Source: Azolla caroliniana (lineage: Eukaryota; Plantae; Polypodiophyta). Taken from it: 64,000 bases of DNA. Below are positions 33,603-44,686 of the stretch, piece by piece; position 1 is the stretch's first letter; each line of letters opens with the position of its first letter. The translations under genes were made by a program, and so were the position numbers. The stretch is taken from positions 1,054,001 through 1,118,000 of the forward strand of contig JBHGNT010000002.1 in the NCBI GenBank assembly GCA_043228905.1. The letters run 5' to 3'. The notes below the pieces were generated by a model, which worked only from the letters and a program-made list of their open reading frames with translations, searched no databases and was not told the origin of the DNA.

Positions 33603-36600
33603 AGAGGACTGCCAAGGCGTGGGGCCGCGACAGTCCGGATGCTCCGGAAAAACCCCACATCTGTACGATAAAACCGTGTACAATAGGTAGGAAATTTTGC
33701 TTCTCCGACAGCGGAGCATGTACGATGGTCGGCATCACCGGCCGAGAGAAAACAAAGACGGAAGGGAGACTTCGGGCGTGCGGAGTTCTCGGCCCTGACG
33801 AAGGAATCAACGGAGCCGTGGAGGCAGTCTCTTTCGACGACACCTTGGGAATGCTGGGGAAGGTAGTCGAAGAAGACCTTAACGAAGACCGGACGATACC
33901 GGTATGTTCCGAAGAAATGTACGAAGTCATCGCGGACTTCGGTCGAGGGCTCGAGTCGGAACGGGCGGCCCGAGTGAGCACCAAGTACAAGACGGTGGAC
34001 CGGAAGGTGAGGCCAGTTGCGGCGCCCTTACCGGAGGGCAGTGAATCCCGGATTAAAGGGGTTGCATCGGACCCCAGCTTACGAGATCGGGCCTGCATAG
34101 GACACACCTTCACCAACGAGACGCTCCGCGAGCTGAAGATCGGTGGGGGCGGGTTCCTACTGCCGGCGGAGGAAGACCGGTTCCGGAGAATGCTCGGAAG
34201 GCACGGGAAAGCCTTCGCATTCTCACCGGGGGAAATCGGGTGCGTAGACCCGACGATCGTAGAACCGATGGTGATATTCACAGTACCGCATGTACCGTGG
34301 AATCTCAAGCCAATTCCGGTTCCGAGAGCTCACATCCCGAAGTTGATGGGGCTGTTGAAGCAGAAAGTTGATATGGGCATTCTCGAGCCATCGAGCGCCC
34401 CGTATTCAAACCGATGGTTTACCGTACCAAAGAAAAACGGATCATTGCGCTTCATTCAGGACCTGCAGCCGGTCAACAGAGTGACCATTCGGAACGCAGG
34501 GATCGGACCGACCATAGACGAGTTCGCGGAGGCCTTCGCCGGAAGGTCGATTTACTCGGTCGGTGATCTATACTCAGGGTACGACCAGTTCCAGCTAGTC
34601 GTGGAGAGCAGAGACAGTACGACGATGCGAACTCCCCTCGGCCTAGTGCGGATGTGTACGCTGCCGCAAGGAGGGACCAACTCGGTGGCCCACATGGTGA
34701 ATGCAATGAACAAGGTGCTGAGGGACTGAATCCCGGACATCACCATGCCGTTTCTAGACGACATCCCGATCAAGGGATGCCCGGTAGAAGAGAAGGACGA
34801 GACGGTCGGGCCGGACGGATGCCGGCGGTTCGTGATGGCGCACATCGACGACTGCGAGAAGGTGCTGCAAAGGCTAGAGGATGCGAGGCTCACCTTCTCG
34901 GGGGAGAAATCAGCCTTCGGGCAGTCGGAAATCATGGTGGTCGGACACTTATGTGGGCCATATGGCCGGAAACCGTCTCCGGCAAAGGTAGAAGCCATCT
35001 CCGCGATGAAGCCCGACTGCAGCTCGGTCACGGAAGTACGAAGATTCCTGGGGGCATGCGCATTCTACCACATATGGATCCCGCATTACGCCCACGTTGC
35101 GGAGCCGCTATACGGATTATTGAGGAAAGGGCGAAGATTCGAATGGCTAGACAAGCACACGGAGTCGGTCCGGAAGCTGAAGGAGGCTCTTTCGGCAGCA
35201 CCGGCGCTCCGAAAGGCCGTCTACAGGAAGGGCACCCCAGTGTACATAACGGTTGACACGAGTCCGACCGGAATCGGGTGGGTCGTCAACCAAGAAGACG
35301 AGGACGGCAATCGGTTTCCGATCCGATTCGGCGCGAAGGTCCTCAGCGAACGGCAGCGAGGATACGCCCAGGTTAAACGCGAACTCTGGGGTATCGTTTC
35401 GGCGGTGAAGGCCGACAAGGACTATCTGATCGGGACGGAGGTAATCATAGAGACGGATTGCATGCCGATTCTCGGCATGGTTTCCGGATGCGCGACGCCG
35501 GACCTGGTAATGCTCAGGTGGATAGCGTACATCAAGTCCCTAGACCCGGTAATACGACACATTTCCGGGAAAGATAACGCCATGGCCGACATGCTTTCAA
35601 GGGCGAGATTCGATGACGAGGGCGGCATGATTTCGGAGGACGAAGAGGTCGGCGTGGACTTCTTCGAGACTGCGTATGTAACAACCGACGGGACAAGCAC
35701 TCCGGCGCTTAACGACTTCGACGCGAGCAAGTACGACGGGGAGTGGCTGCAGATCGGTGGGTTTTTGAAGACAATGACGCCCGATGCGTCATGGACGAAG
35801 GACGAGGCCAACCGGATCCGGAAGAAAGCGTACCGGTTCTTTCTCCGGGATGGCTATCTATGGAAGCACCCGAAGAAGAGGGACGGCGCTCCGCTCCGGG
35901 TAGTGGCGATGAAGGAAGAACAGGAGGAGCTGCTGATGGCTTACCACGACAGCCCTTGGGCTGGACACCGTGGAACATGGGCTACGTTTGAGAAACTGAA
36001 GGGGAAGTATTGGTGGCCGGGGCAGTACCAGGACGTGCATCGGTTCGTGACAACTTGCGAGAGCTGCCAGATGCACTCCATAGTCCGACATCGAGACGAG
36101 CTTCACCCTACGTACCCGCCGGCCATCCATTTCAAATGGATGGTAGATCTGGTAACGATGCCAATGGGAGTAGGACAGATGCGGTACCTGGTCCTAGCGC
36201 GGGAGGATCTGACGAACCAGGTGGAAGGTCGGGCCCTTCCGAACAAAACGACCGCGGCCGTATGCAGGTTCCTAATCGAGGACGTGATATGCCGGTACGG
36301 GTGCGTCGGGAAGATCGTGGCTGACCGAGGGGAGTTGGACGCCGAAGAAGCCGCGGAGCTGTTCGACCGGCTGGGAGTCAAGCTCTCGCTCACCACTGCG
36401 TACAATCCGGAGGCGAATGGAAAGGTGGAGCGCGGACACGGACCGATCGTCAAGGCGTTGGTTCGGGCATGCGGAGGCCGAGTCGGTAACTGGCCGCGGC
36501 TGCTACCTTATGCTTTGTGGGCAGACCGGACCACGCACAGTTCGGTAACCGGGTACATGCCGACGGAGCTCATGTTCGGCCAGAAGCCGATCATGCCGAT

Positions 36601-37081
36601 GGAACGGACGATCTCCTCGTGGGCAACGGTCGACTGGAGGGACGAGATGAGCCGGGAGGAGTTGTTGGCCGCGCGCATACGACAGCTCGAGCGGAGACCG
36701 GAGGACGTGGAACTGGCTGCGGAGAAGCTCCGAGTGGCGAGGAAAAAGAACAAAGCCAGGTTCGACCGAACGCACCGGCTCCGACCGAAGAAAATCGAAG
36801 AAGGTGACTGGGTGCTCGTCTACGATAGCAGCCTCGACAACCAGCACCGAGCTACACGGAAGTTCGCACGAAGGTGGTTCGGGCCTTACGTGGTACAGAG
36901 CGCCAATGACAACGGGACATATCACCTGGCGGAACTCGACGGCACGAGAATGGCGATACCGGTTGCAGGGAAGCGGATCAAAGCGTTCAAGAAGCGACAC
37001 GACGACGAGCCAGACCCGGCTCTCCTGGTCGGCAGTGACGAACGATCCGAAAACGAGGAAGAACCGACGGGCGAGGAATGA
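33593..37081 (+). pseudogene. Pol (RT-RNaseH-IN) in the -1 frame, with one nonsense codon (TGA 34727-34729)
   Basis: DLYSGYDQ, LPQG, FLDD, RNase H VDTS/ETDC, HHCC and DDE integrase, GPY motif; sibling copy has Cys (VLRDCI) at the stop. Confidence 0.9.
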
Positions 37082-38427
37082 AGACGGGCCGGTTTTCTCC
37101 GTCCCAACTCTCTTGGCGCATACCGGAGGATGCGCGGTTAGGTGGGGGCGGATGTCGTGAAGAAAACCGTCCATAGGCGGAATCGGCGCACCTAGGCGTG
37201 GGAACCGGTTCTTCACGCGCGCAAGCTCCGAGTTGTACGAAGAAGCGAGTTAGGAGGATAATCGGCAGGAACGGGCCCTAACATAAGTGGAGACAAAGAC
37301 CGCGCGAACAGTCTTTTCGGTCGCGCGCGCGAGCTAAGGGACGGCACGAGTCGGCGGCGTAACTACGCGGATGCGTGAAGAACGGAGCGGATCCCGGTTC
37401 AAAAGGAACAGGGAATAAAGCTGACAGGACAGCCTGCTCGTCGGGCTATATAAGAGCAGGAAAGAGCTGTTGCAGGGATCGAGCGCGGAGAGGACGAAGT
37501 GCTGTCGGACCGTTTCTGGACGCTTCTCTCTCTCTGTTTCCTTCCTTCTTGAGCTCCATAGCTTTTTGTGCAGGGTTCCGAGGAGGCTCGCACTGTTTCG
37601 AGGAACGCCCGAGTGCTTCCGGCAGCACCTCCGACCTGCAAACCCCCCCGTCCCCCCTGTTTGTGCGTCGAAGCGAACAGGCATCGGCATCTGTTCGCCG
37701 GCCTGTTCGGTTGTAACCAACCTGTGCCCCATCGAGGGTTGTAGCCGTGTTAGCCATTTTGTTAATATACATATTAGTCATTCGCATCTGTCTGTGTCGG
37801 TGTCTGTTCGCGTTCTCCGTGCTGAAGGGCCGTGTCCCTGTGTATCCCCGGTCCTGCGTAGCCGGTTCTCTCTCTTTCTCCTCCCTCGCTTGCTCTTTGG
37901 TTCGAGACCCCCGCGGTCCCGCCTCGATTCCACACGCACTTGCGTAATATCTCGACAGCGCATTCGGGGAACAATAACGCCACACGAGAAGAGCCCATGA
38001 AAGGCGAGCGTAGAGCGGAGAGAGTCGGCATGCAGAGGTGTTCGGGACGCGGACACAATCGAACCAACGGAGGGACATGCGCGGCACGCAAGGCACGAAA
38101 TCCGGCGTACAACCGAAGTGACCAGGGGTGCGATCAGAGAACATACGATGCGGACAAAGTCGGAGTGGCCGGGTCGACAATGGCGTCCGGGAGGACCGAT
38201 TGGGGAGGAAGGCGTGAATGTCGGATGTGGCAGATCGGATGGAGTCGGTGGTTCGGGGACACGTAGCGGTCCTGGTGGATCAGATGGAGCCGACGGATCG
38301 GGGCCGGTAAGGAGCCGACGAGACGGTCGGGCGCCGGTAAGGCGGAGGACCCGGTTAATCACCGTCGCCAAAATCTCTCACCCTTTTCCTTTCTTGGCAC
38401 ATGGATGTGAGGTTTGGTGGGGGTGAA

Positions 38428-39287
38428 TGTCGTGAAGATTTCCGGCTATAGTGTGAAACCGGGGTGGAATGAGCAAGTCGATGGTGTGCAACATGTGCAC
38501 ATGTATAGTAGAAAACGGTGTATAGAATAAGGGGGAGTATTTATACAACATTGTAACGCCCTCCCCTCCTTGGTCTATAAAAGGAGGGAGGGGTCCCTTG
38601 TTAAAGGGGTTGCCAATTTTGAGTTAGGGGGGTATACCGTTAGGTTTAGGATTTGGTAGTTTTCTTCCTCTTCATCTTATTCTTAGGGTTTCTACTTTGG
38701 TCTTTATCACTATTTCATTTAGGGTTTCATTTTGATTCTTCTTCATTATCTTGTGGGTTTGGTTCACTCTTTTGAGTGGAAGTTAGTATTCAGTTTAGGT
38801 TCTTCTTCTTGAGAGAGTTCGTGCGAGTTAGGGTTTATGTACTTGGGGTCTTCGGGTGTTGCCCTCTCTTCTTCGTGTGAGAGTTTGGTTTGGTTTGGTT
38901 TGGGGGTTCCTACAATGGCGGCTTTAGGCATTCCGGTGGTGGCACTTGGTGATTCAGCTTCCTCTCCTCGATGGAGAGCGTTTTGTGTGGCGGCCGGTTC
39001 GAGAAGGGAGGACTAAGTGGCACGGGAACACTCCATCGTCTTCGGGGCATGACCAATGGTGGATGTCGCGGTCTTGGCGGCCCACTTGACTCGCCTTCGC
39101 CGGTTCCCATTCTTGTCTTAATGTATTAGCCGATTGTTTTGTAATAGCCACCGGATTCGGGGCATGTAACCGTCTTGTTGTAAAACTCTTGTAATATATA
39201 TTCATGTTGGTGTATATCTATCTTCCTTGTAACATATTTGAGTCGGGTCCATATTCACGGTGAACTGTCTTTTTGTGAAACCTCACA
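38428..39287 (+). repeat. LTR of family B (right end approximate)
   Basis: Starts TGTCGTGAAGATTTCCGGCTATAG like 42208 and the minus-strand start at 21948; TATA ~38576; follows a PPT. Confidence 0.7.
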
Positions 39288-39289
39288 TT

Positions 39290-40877
39290 TGTTGGAGCCG
39301 GAAGTCGTCGGCCCGAGAGCCAGCGTGAGACCTAGAGTGGTGATCGGTGGTGGAAAGGGGACGAAGGCGAGGGAATTGCGGACGGGCGGTCTACAGGGAT
39401 CCTCACACTGATCCGGCGGTCGGCTCGAGTGCCAGCGTGAGTCCTATAGGAGAGGTCAGTGGCGGCAGGTGAACGTGATCGAACGACGGAAGCAAAGAAA
39501 GAAGGTATCAAGCCAGCGAAGCGGCTACTAACCGAATCAGACCTACCGGCAAGGTCACGGGCATAAGGAAGTCTGGTCCTACGGGATCCCCACACCAGAC
39601 CGGAGACTACGGTTGTTCGGCCAATGTGGCAACGTAAGACCGAGGGAGAAGGAAGGTGGTGGCGGGAGACGAGACCTGACTACGCGGAAGACACGAGGAG
39701 AGTTCGGGAGAGGCTCAAACAAAGACACCCGAATTTCGGCTAGCAACGAAACGAAGACCGGTCCTATGGGATCTTCACACCAGTTCCGAAGACTCTGGTT
39801 GTTCGGCCAACGTGGCAACGTAAGACCGAGGGAGAAGGAAGGTAGCGGCAAGGAACGGGACCCAACATCGACAAAGTTCGGTAAGACGGGGCAGACGAAA
39901 TGTGAAACCCTTACCGGCCGGTTACGGTTTTGGAAGGAGCCGGTAATGAGTTGTGTCGGGCCAGGAAGGAAAACCTGGAGCGGAACAAGAGTCTCGCAAG
40001 TGGCCATCGCGGGCCGGATGGAAGCGTGACTACGGGATGGTATTCGGCATGGGCGATACCAAACGAAGGAAGTGGAAGACGGCACATGGAGGGGCCAGAG
40101 TGGAAAGGCGAGCGCGAAGAATGGGTCGCCCAGTTCGGAGATCGTGTGTAGAAGACCGGAGAAGGAACCTCCACACCGTTCTGAAGGCCTTGGCGGTCCG
40201 AGCCGACGAGGCGACGTAAGGCCAAGGAGAAGGAAGATGGCGGCGAGGGGACGAAGGCAGTGGGGACGACAATTAGGACCACGCGAATGGTCGACGGAGG
40301 CTAGGCAGGCCACAACGGGCATTCCTCAAGCGAAGGACATTGGACATACAACGGAGAGCAGAGCGTGCATATAGCCGAACAAGGGCCTTCAAGAACACGG
40401 TTCAACAACGCGGACGACATGCTATCTAAAGATGAAGAAGTCGGCGAGGACTTCTTCGAGTCGGCCCGACTAAGGGCGAATAGACAGGGCACTTCGGCCT
40501 TGAGCGAGTTTGACGAGATGGACTACAACGGGGAGTGGATTCGAATTGGGCAGTTCCTAAGCACGTTGATGCTAGACGCAACATGGACGAAGGAAGAAAC
40601 GAGTTGGATCCAGAAGAAGGCTTACTGGTTCTTCCTACAAAATGGTAAGATATGGAAGCACCCAAAGGGACAGACCAGCACACCGCTCTGGGTGGTGGCA
40701 CAGAAGGAAGAACAATCGGTCCCGTGTCGGAGTTCCACGAGAGCCCCTAGTCCAAACACCGTTCGAGAAACTAAAGGAGAGGTATTGGTGGACGGGGATG
40801 TATTGAGACGTGCACGATTTCATAACAACGTGCGAATGTTGCCAAGTGCATTCCGGAGTCCGTCATCGAGATGAGTT
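39290..40877 (+). mobile_element. Family D non-coding internal region plus degenerate gypsy RH-IN linker fragment (~40390-40877)
   Basis: Motif copies at ~39590 and ~39770; ORF 40365-40874 matches DEEVGEDFFE...GEWIRIG...KKAY. Confidence 0.7.
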
Positions 40878-41052
40878 GTTTTGGAATACTCTAGAATGTT
40901 CTAGAATACTCTAAATGTCTTGTAATAACTAATAATACATTTATTATAACTATACATCATATATGTTAGTATAATGGTTAAAGGTCTAACATATAGACCA
41001 AGACGTCTTGGGCTCGAATCCTTGTAAGGCCAAAATGTATGTCGTCATGACA
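40878..41052 (-). repeat. 5' end fragment of family C LTR
   Basis: Reverse complement of 24162-24255 extended to a TGTCATGAC terminus at 41052. Confidence 0.7.
40960..41032 (+). ncRNA. tRNA-like (Pol III A/B box) sequence embedded in the family C LTR; not a functional tRNA
   Basis: A box TAGTATAATGG 40967-40977, GGTCTA/TAGACC hairpin, B box GGCTCGAATCC 41011-41021 at tRNA spacing, ends GCCA; acceptor stem does not pair. Confidence 0.6.
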
Positions 41053-42890
41053 CCTACATCGCTAGTTCCCGTTTCCTACCGCCACCATCCTTCTCACTCG
41101 GTCTCACGTTGCCATGTTGGCTTGAATTGCCGGTGTCTCCGGGTTAGTGTGAGGATCCCATAGGACCGATCTTTCTTTCTCTTCTCCCACCTTCCGTGTT
41201 GTCTTTTGGCCCGGTTTCGGTTAGTGGCCGATTGCCATCCCTTTTGCTTGATCCCGTTCACCTGCCACCACCATCCTTCTCACTCGGTCTCACGTTGCCA
41301 TGTCGGCTTGAACTATCGGTGTCTCCAGAACAGTGTGAGGATCGTCGTAGGATTGCCCATCCGCACTTCCCACATCGCTGGTCCTGTTTCCTATCGCTAC
41401 CATCCTTCTCACTCGGTCTCACGTTGCCATGTCGGCTTGAACTGCCGGTGTCTCCAAGTTCGTGTGAGGATCCCATAGGACCAGTCTTTCGTTGTCTTTA
41501 CGCTCGTCCCCTCGCCGCCACAGTTAGTCTCTGGGTCTTACGTTGGCTCCGCTGCCGACTACCAATGTCTCTAGCCCGGTGTGAAGGATCCTCCTTGGGC
41601 TTGTCGTATATCAGACCCTTATCCCGGGTATATCAGACCCTTATCCGCAAGTCGAGAGAGTGGCTCACCCCACACCCTCTCCCGTGGTACCGACATACCG
41701 TGTTCCCGGCCTCTTTGTAGGCCTGCCTCTTCCTCCCTTCCGGATCGGTTATCCGGAAGTCCGCTCCGCCCGGTTCTCGTCCGGGTCCGACCGTCACTCC
41801 GCATTGCCGGGTCCCATTCTCCGGCCGCCACCGTTAGTATCTTGGTCTTACGTCAGATCCAATGCCGACCGCCAAAGTCTCTAGCCCGGTGTGAGGTGAC
41901 CCATAGGACCGGTCTTCGTTCCTCCTCTTTTCGGATCGGTTGTATTGGCCATGACCTCCGTGTCCTCGCCGCCACTTTCCGTCTCCTAGGTCTTCTGTTG
42001 GTTCTCGGACGCAAACGCCTAAGTCTCGGGAACGAGTGTGGAGGACCCATACTTCAGTCAACCGCCTCTTTTGTTTCTCCCCATCGTCATTGATCCCCTT
42101 TCCTATGCTTCCCCAACATCTCCTTTCTCTTTCGGTCTCACATTGCCATGTTGGCTTCAACTGCCGAAGTCTCCAGTCAAGCTGTGGGGATTCCAATTTC
42201 GTAACGTTGTCGTGAAGATTTCCAGCTATAGTGTGAAACCGGGGTGGAATAGGGCATGTATAGTACGAAAACGGTGTATAGAATAAAGGGGAGTATTGGT
42301 CCCACATTGTAACGTTCCTCCCTCCTTGGGCTATAAAAGGAAGGGAAGGGTCTCTTGTATGGGGGTTGCCCATTTTGAGTCGTAAGGGTATACCATTTTG
42401 CGGAGGGTCTTTTTGTTATGAGTTTCTAGGGTTAGTAACTTCCTATTCTTCTTCTTCTTCTTCTCCTTCTTGAGAAGTTGGGTGCCGCAGTCGTGGCGGC
42501 GAAGCTTTGTTAGGGTTAGCTTCTTTTCTTCTGAGCGTAGCCTGGCTCGAAGTCAGGGTTGTATCTTTTCCCTTTGTAATATATACACTTATATTTGTTT
42601 GTACATATTGGTGTTTCTGGTGGTGTCAGGAGCATAGCCCCTTTTGATTCCTGTGCGTAAGAGTCGGCATCACGCGAATGCTCTCTCTCTCTCGTGTTCG
42701 GTTGCCTCCGAGTCGGGTCCGGAGTCGGGTTTCCTGGCGTCTCGTTCTCCCTCGTCTGAGACCCCCGTGGTCCCGCCCCTTCTACACGCACGTGCGTATA
42801 AATGTGACTCGTCCCAAGCCACCGACCCTTTTAGTGGTGTCGGTGAATAGCATCCGCTCTATGATCGATCAAGCACCGACTGGGCTTGAA
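41053..42890 (-). mobile_element. Family D non-coding region with at least 6 copies of a ~90-bp motif; interrupted by a solo LTR
   Basis: GGTCT(C/T)AC(G/A)T motif at ~41100, 41286, 41414, 41533, 41843, 42133. Confidence 0.7.
42208..42808 (+). repeat. Solo LTR (family B)
   Basis: TGTCGTGAAGATTTCC start, ...GTGAC end, no PBS or PPT; flanks ACGT/TCGT; comparable uninterrupted site at ~16540-16570. Confidence 0.75.
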
Positions 42891-43240
42891 CCAATTCCAC
42901 CCACAGGAGTGAAGGGGGAGTTTGTTAGGTATATGTCCCCCTTGTGGGAGGAGTTGACAGTCAAAGACAAGGGGTAGCCGACTGTTTGGGCTGAGGGCCG
43001 ACAGTCGAAGACACGGAGAGTCGATTGAGGGAGAGTCGACATGGAGAGTTGACTATATAAGTGATCCAAGTCAAAGACATGACCCACTAGTCAGGCCGAC
43101 TAGACAATCGGCATAGGAGTCGGCTAATCAACTACTATTATTATTAGTATAATAATAGGAATGAAAGTGGCAGAGACTACATTTGTAAATAGCCCATACT
43201 CTGTATAACATACACTTAGGGCAAACATAGTAGTGTGTAG
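42890..43240 (+). mobile_element. Copia 3' tail, PPT and partial LTR (starts 42923)
   Basis: GAAGGGGGAGTT-TGTTAGG; shares ATTTGTAAATAGCCC...CTTAGGGCAAACA with the copia-1 LTR. Confidence 0.7.
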
Positions 43241-43319
43241 AACAGAATCCGACGGCTTTTCCCATTCACACGCATCCGACGGCTTTTCCTCTAGTCGCCA
43301 GAATTCTCCATGACACTGT

Positions 43320-43770
43320 CACGAGACGACGGAATGCACAAGGAAGACACAAAATAGACACACGAATATCCAAACGCCTTTATGAGGAGGAGAGGTGCAT
43401 GGTTTCCCAAAACCTTCCCCGTCATAAGACGACCGAACATACAAGGGAGACACAAAAATGTACACATGAATGTCCAAACCCCTTTATGAGGGGGAGAGGT
43501 GCATGGTTACCCCAAACCTTCTCCATCACAAGAGACCAAACATACAAGGGAGACACAAAAACATACACACGAATATCTAAACACCTTTATTAGGGGGGGA
43601 GGTGCATGGTTACCCCAAACCTTCCCCGTCACAAGAGACGAAACGTACAAGGGAGACACAAAAACATACACACGAATATCCGAACGCCTTTATTGGGGGG
43701 AGAGGTGTATGGTTTCCCGTAACCTTCCCCGTCACAAAACGACCGAACGCACAAGGGAAAAGATAAACAC
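43320..43770. repeat. 103-bp tandem repeat (~4.3 copies)
   Basis: ACAAGGGA at 43441, 43544, 43647, 43750. Confidence 0.9.
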
Positions 43771-43954
43771 ACAAATTATTAGACGGAGGAACAACACACA
43801 ATTTTTTATTATAAGGCTTAAGAGCCACATCAAGAGATTACAATGGAAGGTGACTCGAGCAAAACACAAGCTCGAACACGAGTATGGAGGATAATAAAAT
43901 AATGGAAGGATCTTGTGGGATGGGGAGGAAGATGTAGTCAAGTAGCGAACACCG

Positions 43955-44686
43955 AACACGTGAGCACATGTGCAAGCAAAGACGAAGACGAAAAATACCG
44001 AAAGACGAGCACCGACCACTGACCACGAGCACTCGAACACCAAGAAGACGAGGAGCACAAGCACCACGAACTCACACGGGCATGCGAACACTAACACCAA
44101 CATGAAGACGATGAGCACATGACCAAGAGGGGATGAAGGGGAGTTAAGGAAGAGCAAGAGTTTCTACCCAAAATGGTGAAGACCCAGAAATAAACCCCTT
44201 CTCCTCCTTTTATAGGAAAACAAGGTGTGGGGGCCACATTTTGCCTTCAATCCATGCATTCCTTTCTCAATATTTAAAGTGAGAAAAGGATATCATTGAA
44301 GGAACTATTCTAGATTCAAACACGTGAGCACATGTGCAAGCAAAGACGAAGACGAAAAATACCGAAAGATGAGCACCGACCACTGACCACGAGCACTCGA
44401 ACACCAAGAAGACGAGGAGCACGAGCTCCACGAACTCACACGGGCATGCAAACACCAACACCAACACGAAGACGATGAGCACATGACCAAGAGGGGATGA
44501 AGGGGAGCTAAGGAAGAGCAAGAGTTTCTACCCAAAATGGTGAAGACCCAGAAATGAACCCCTTCTCCTCCTTTTATAGGAAAACAAGGGGAGGGGGCGC
44601 CACTTTTAGCCTTCAATTCACGCATTCCTTTCTCAATATTTAAAGTGGGAAATGGATATGATTGAAGGCACTATTCTAGATTCAAA
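43955..44686. repeat. Tandem duplication of ~364 bp of an LTR-like promoter segment (minus-strand CCTATAAAAGG in each copy)
   Basis: Copies start at 43955 and 44319 (AACACGTGAGCACATGTGCAAGC). Confidence 0.9.

Larger units (their letters stand above)
30627..37957 (+). mobile_element. Full-length Ty3/gypsy LTR retrotransposon, tRNA-Trp primed, no chromodomain
   Basis: 805-bp LTRs 30627-31431 and 37153-37957 (6 substitutions seen); 4-bp TSD GCGC; PBS 31436-31452; PPT ~37136-37152; order gag-PR-RT-RH-IN. Confidence 0.97.

Noticed and set aside
34727-34729. Programmed stop-codon readthrough in gypsy pol
   Set aside because: The sibling copy has TGC (Cys) here and the stop falls inside the RT core; simple nonsense mutation
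31600-38430. Many overlapping and antisense ORFs in GC-rich retroelements as extra genes (env-like or antisense ORFs)
   Set aside because: Expected shadow ORFs of GC-rich coding strands or LTRs; no recognisable domains and not conserved as frames between copies
41075-41165. HDV-like ribozyme in the family D motif (GGT-CTCACGTT-GCC resembles P3/L3)
   Set aside because: P1 pairing is not kept in other copies, no P1.1 GG and no conserved catalytic C in J4/2
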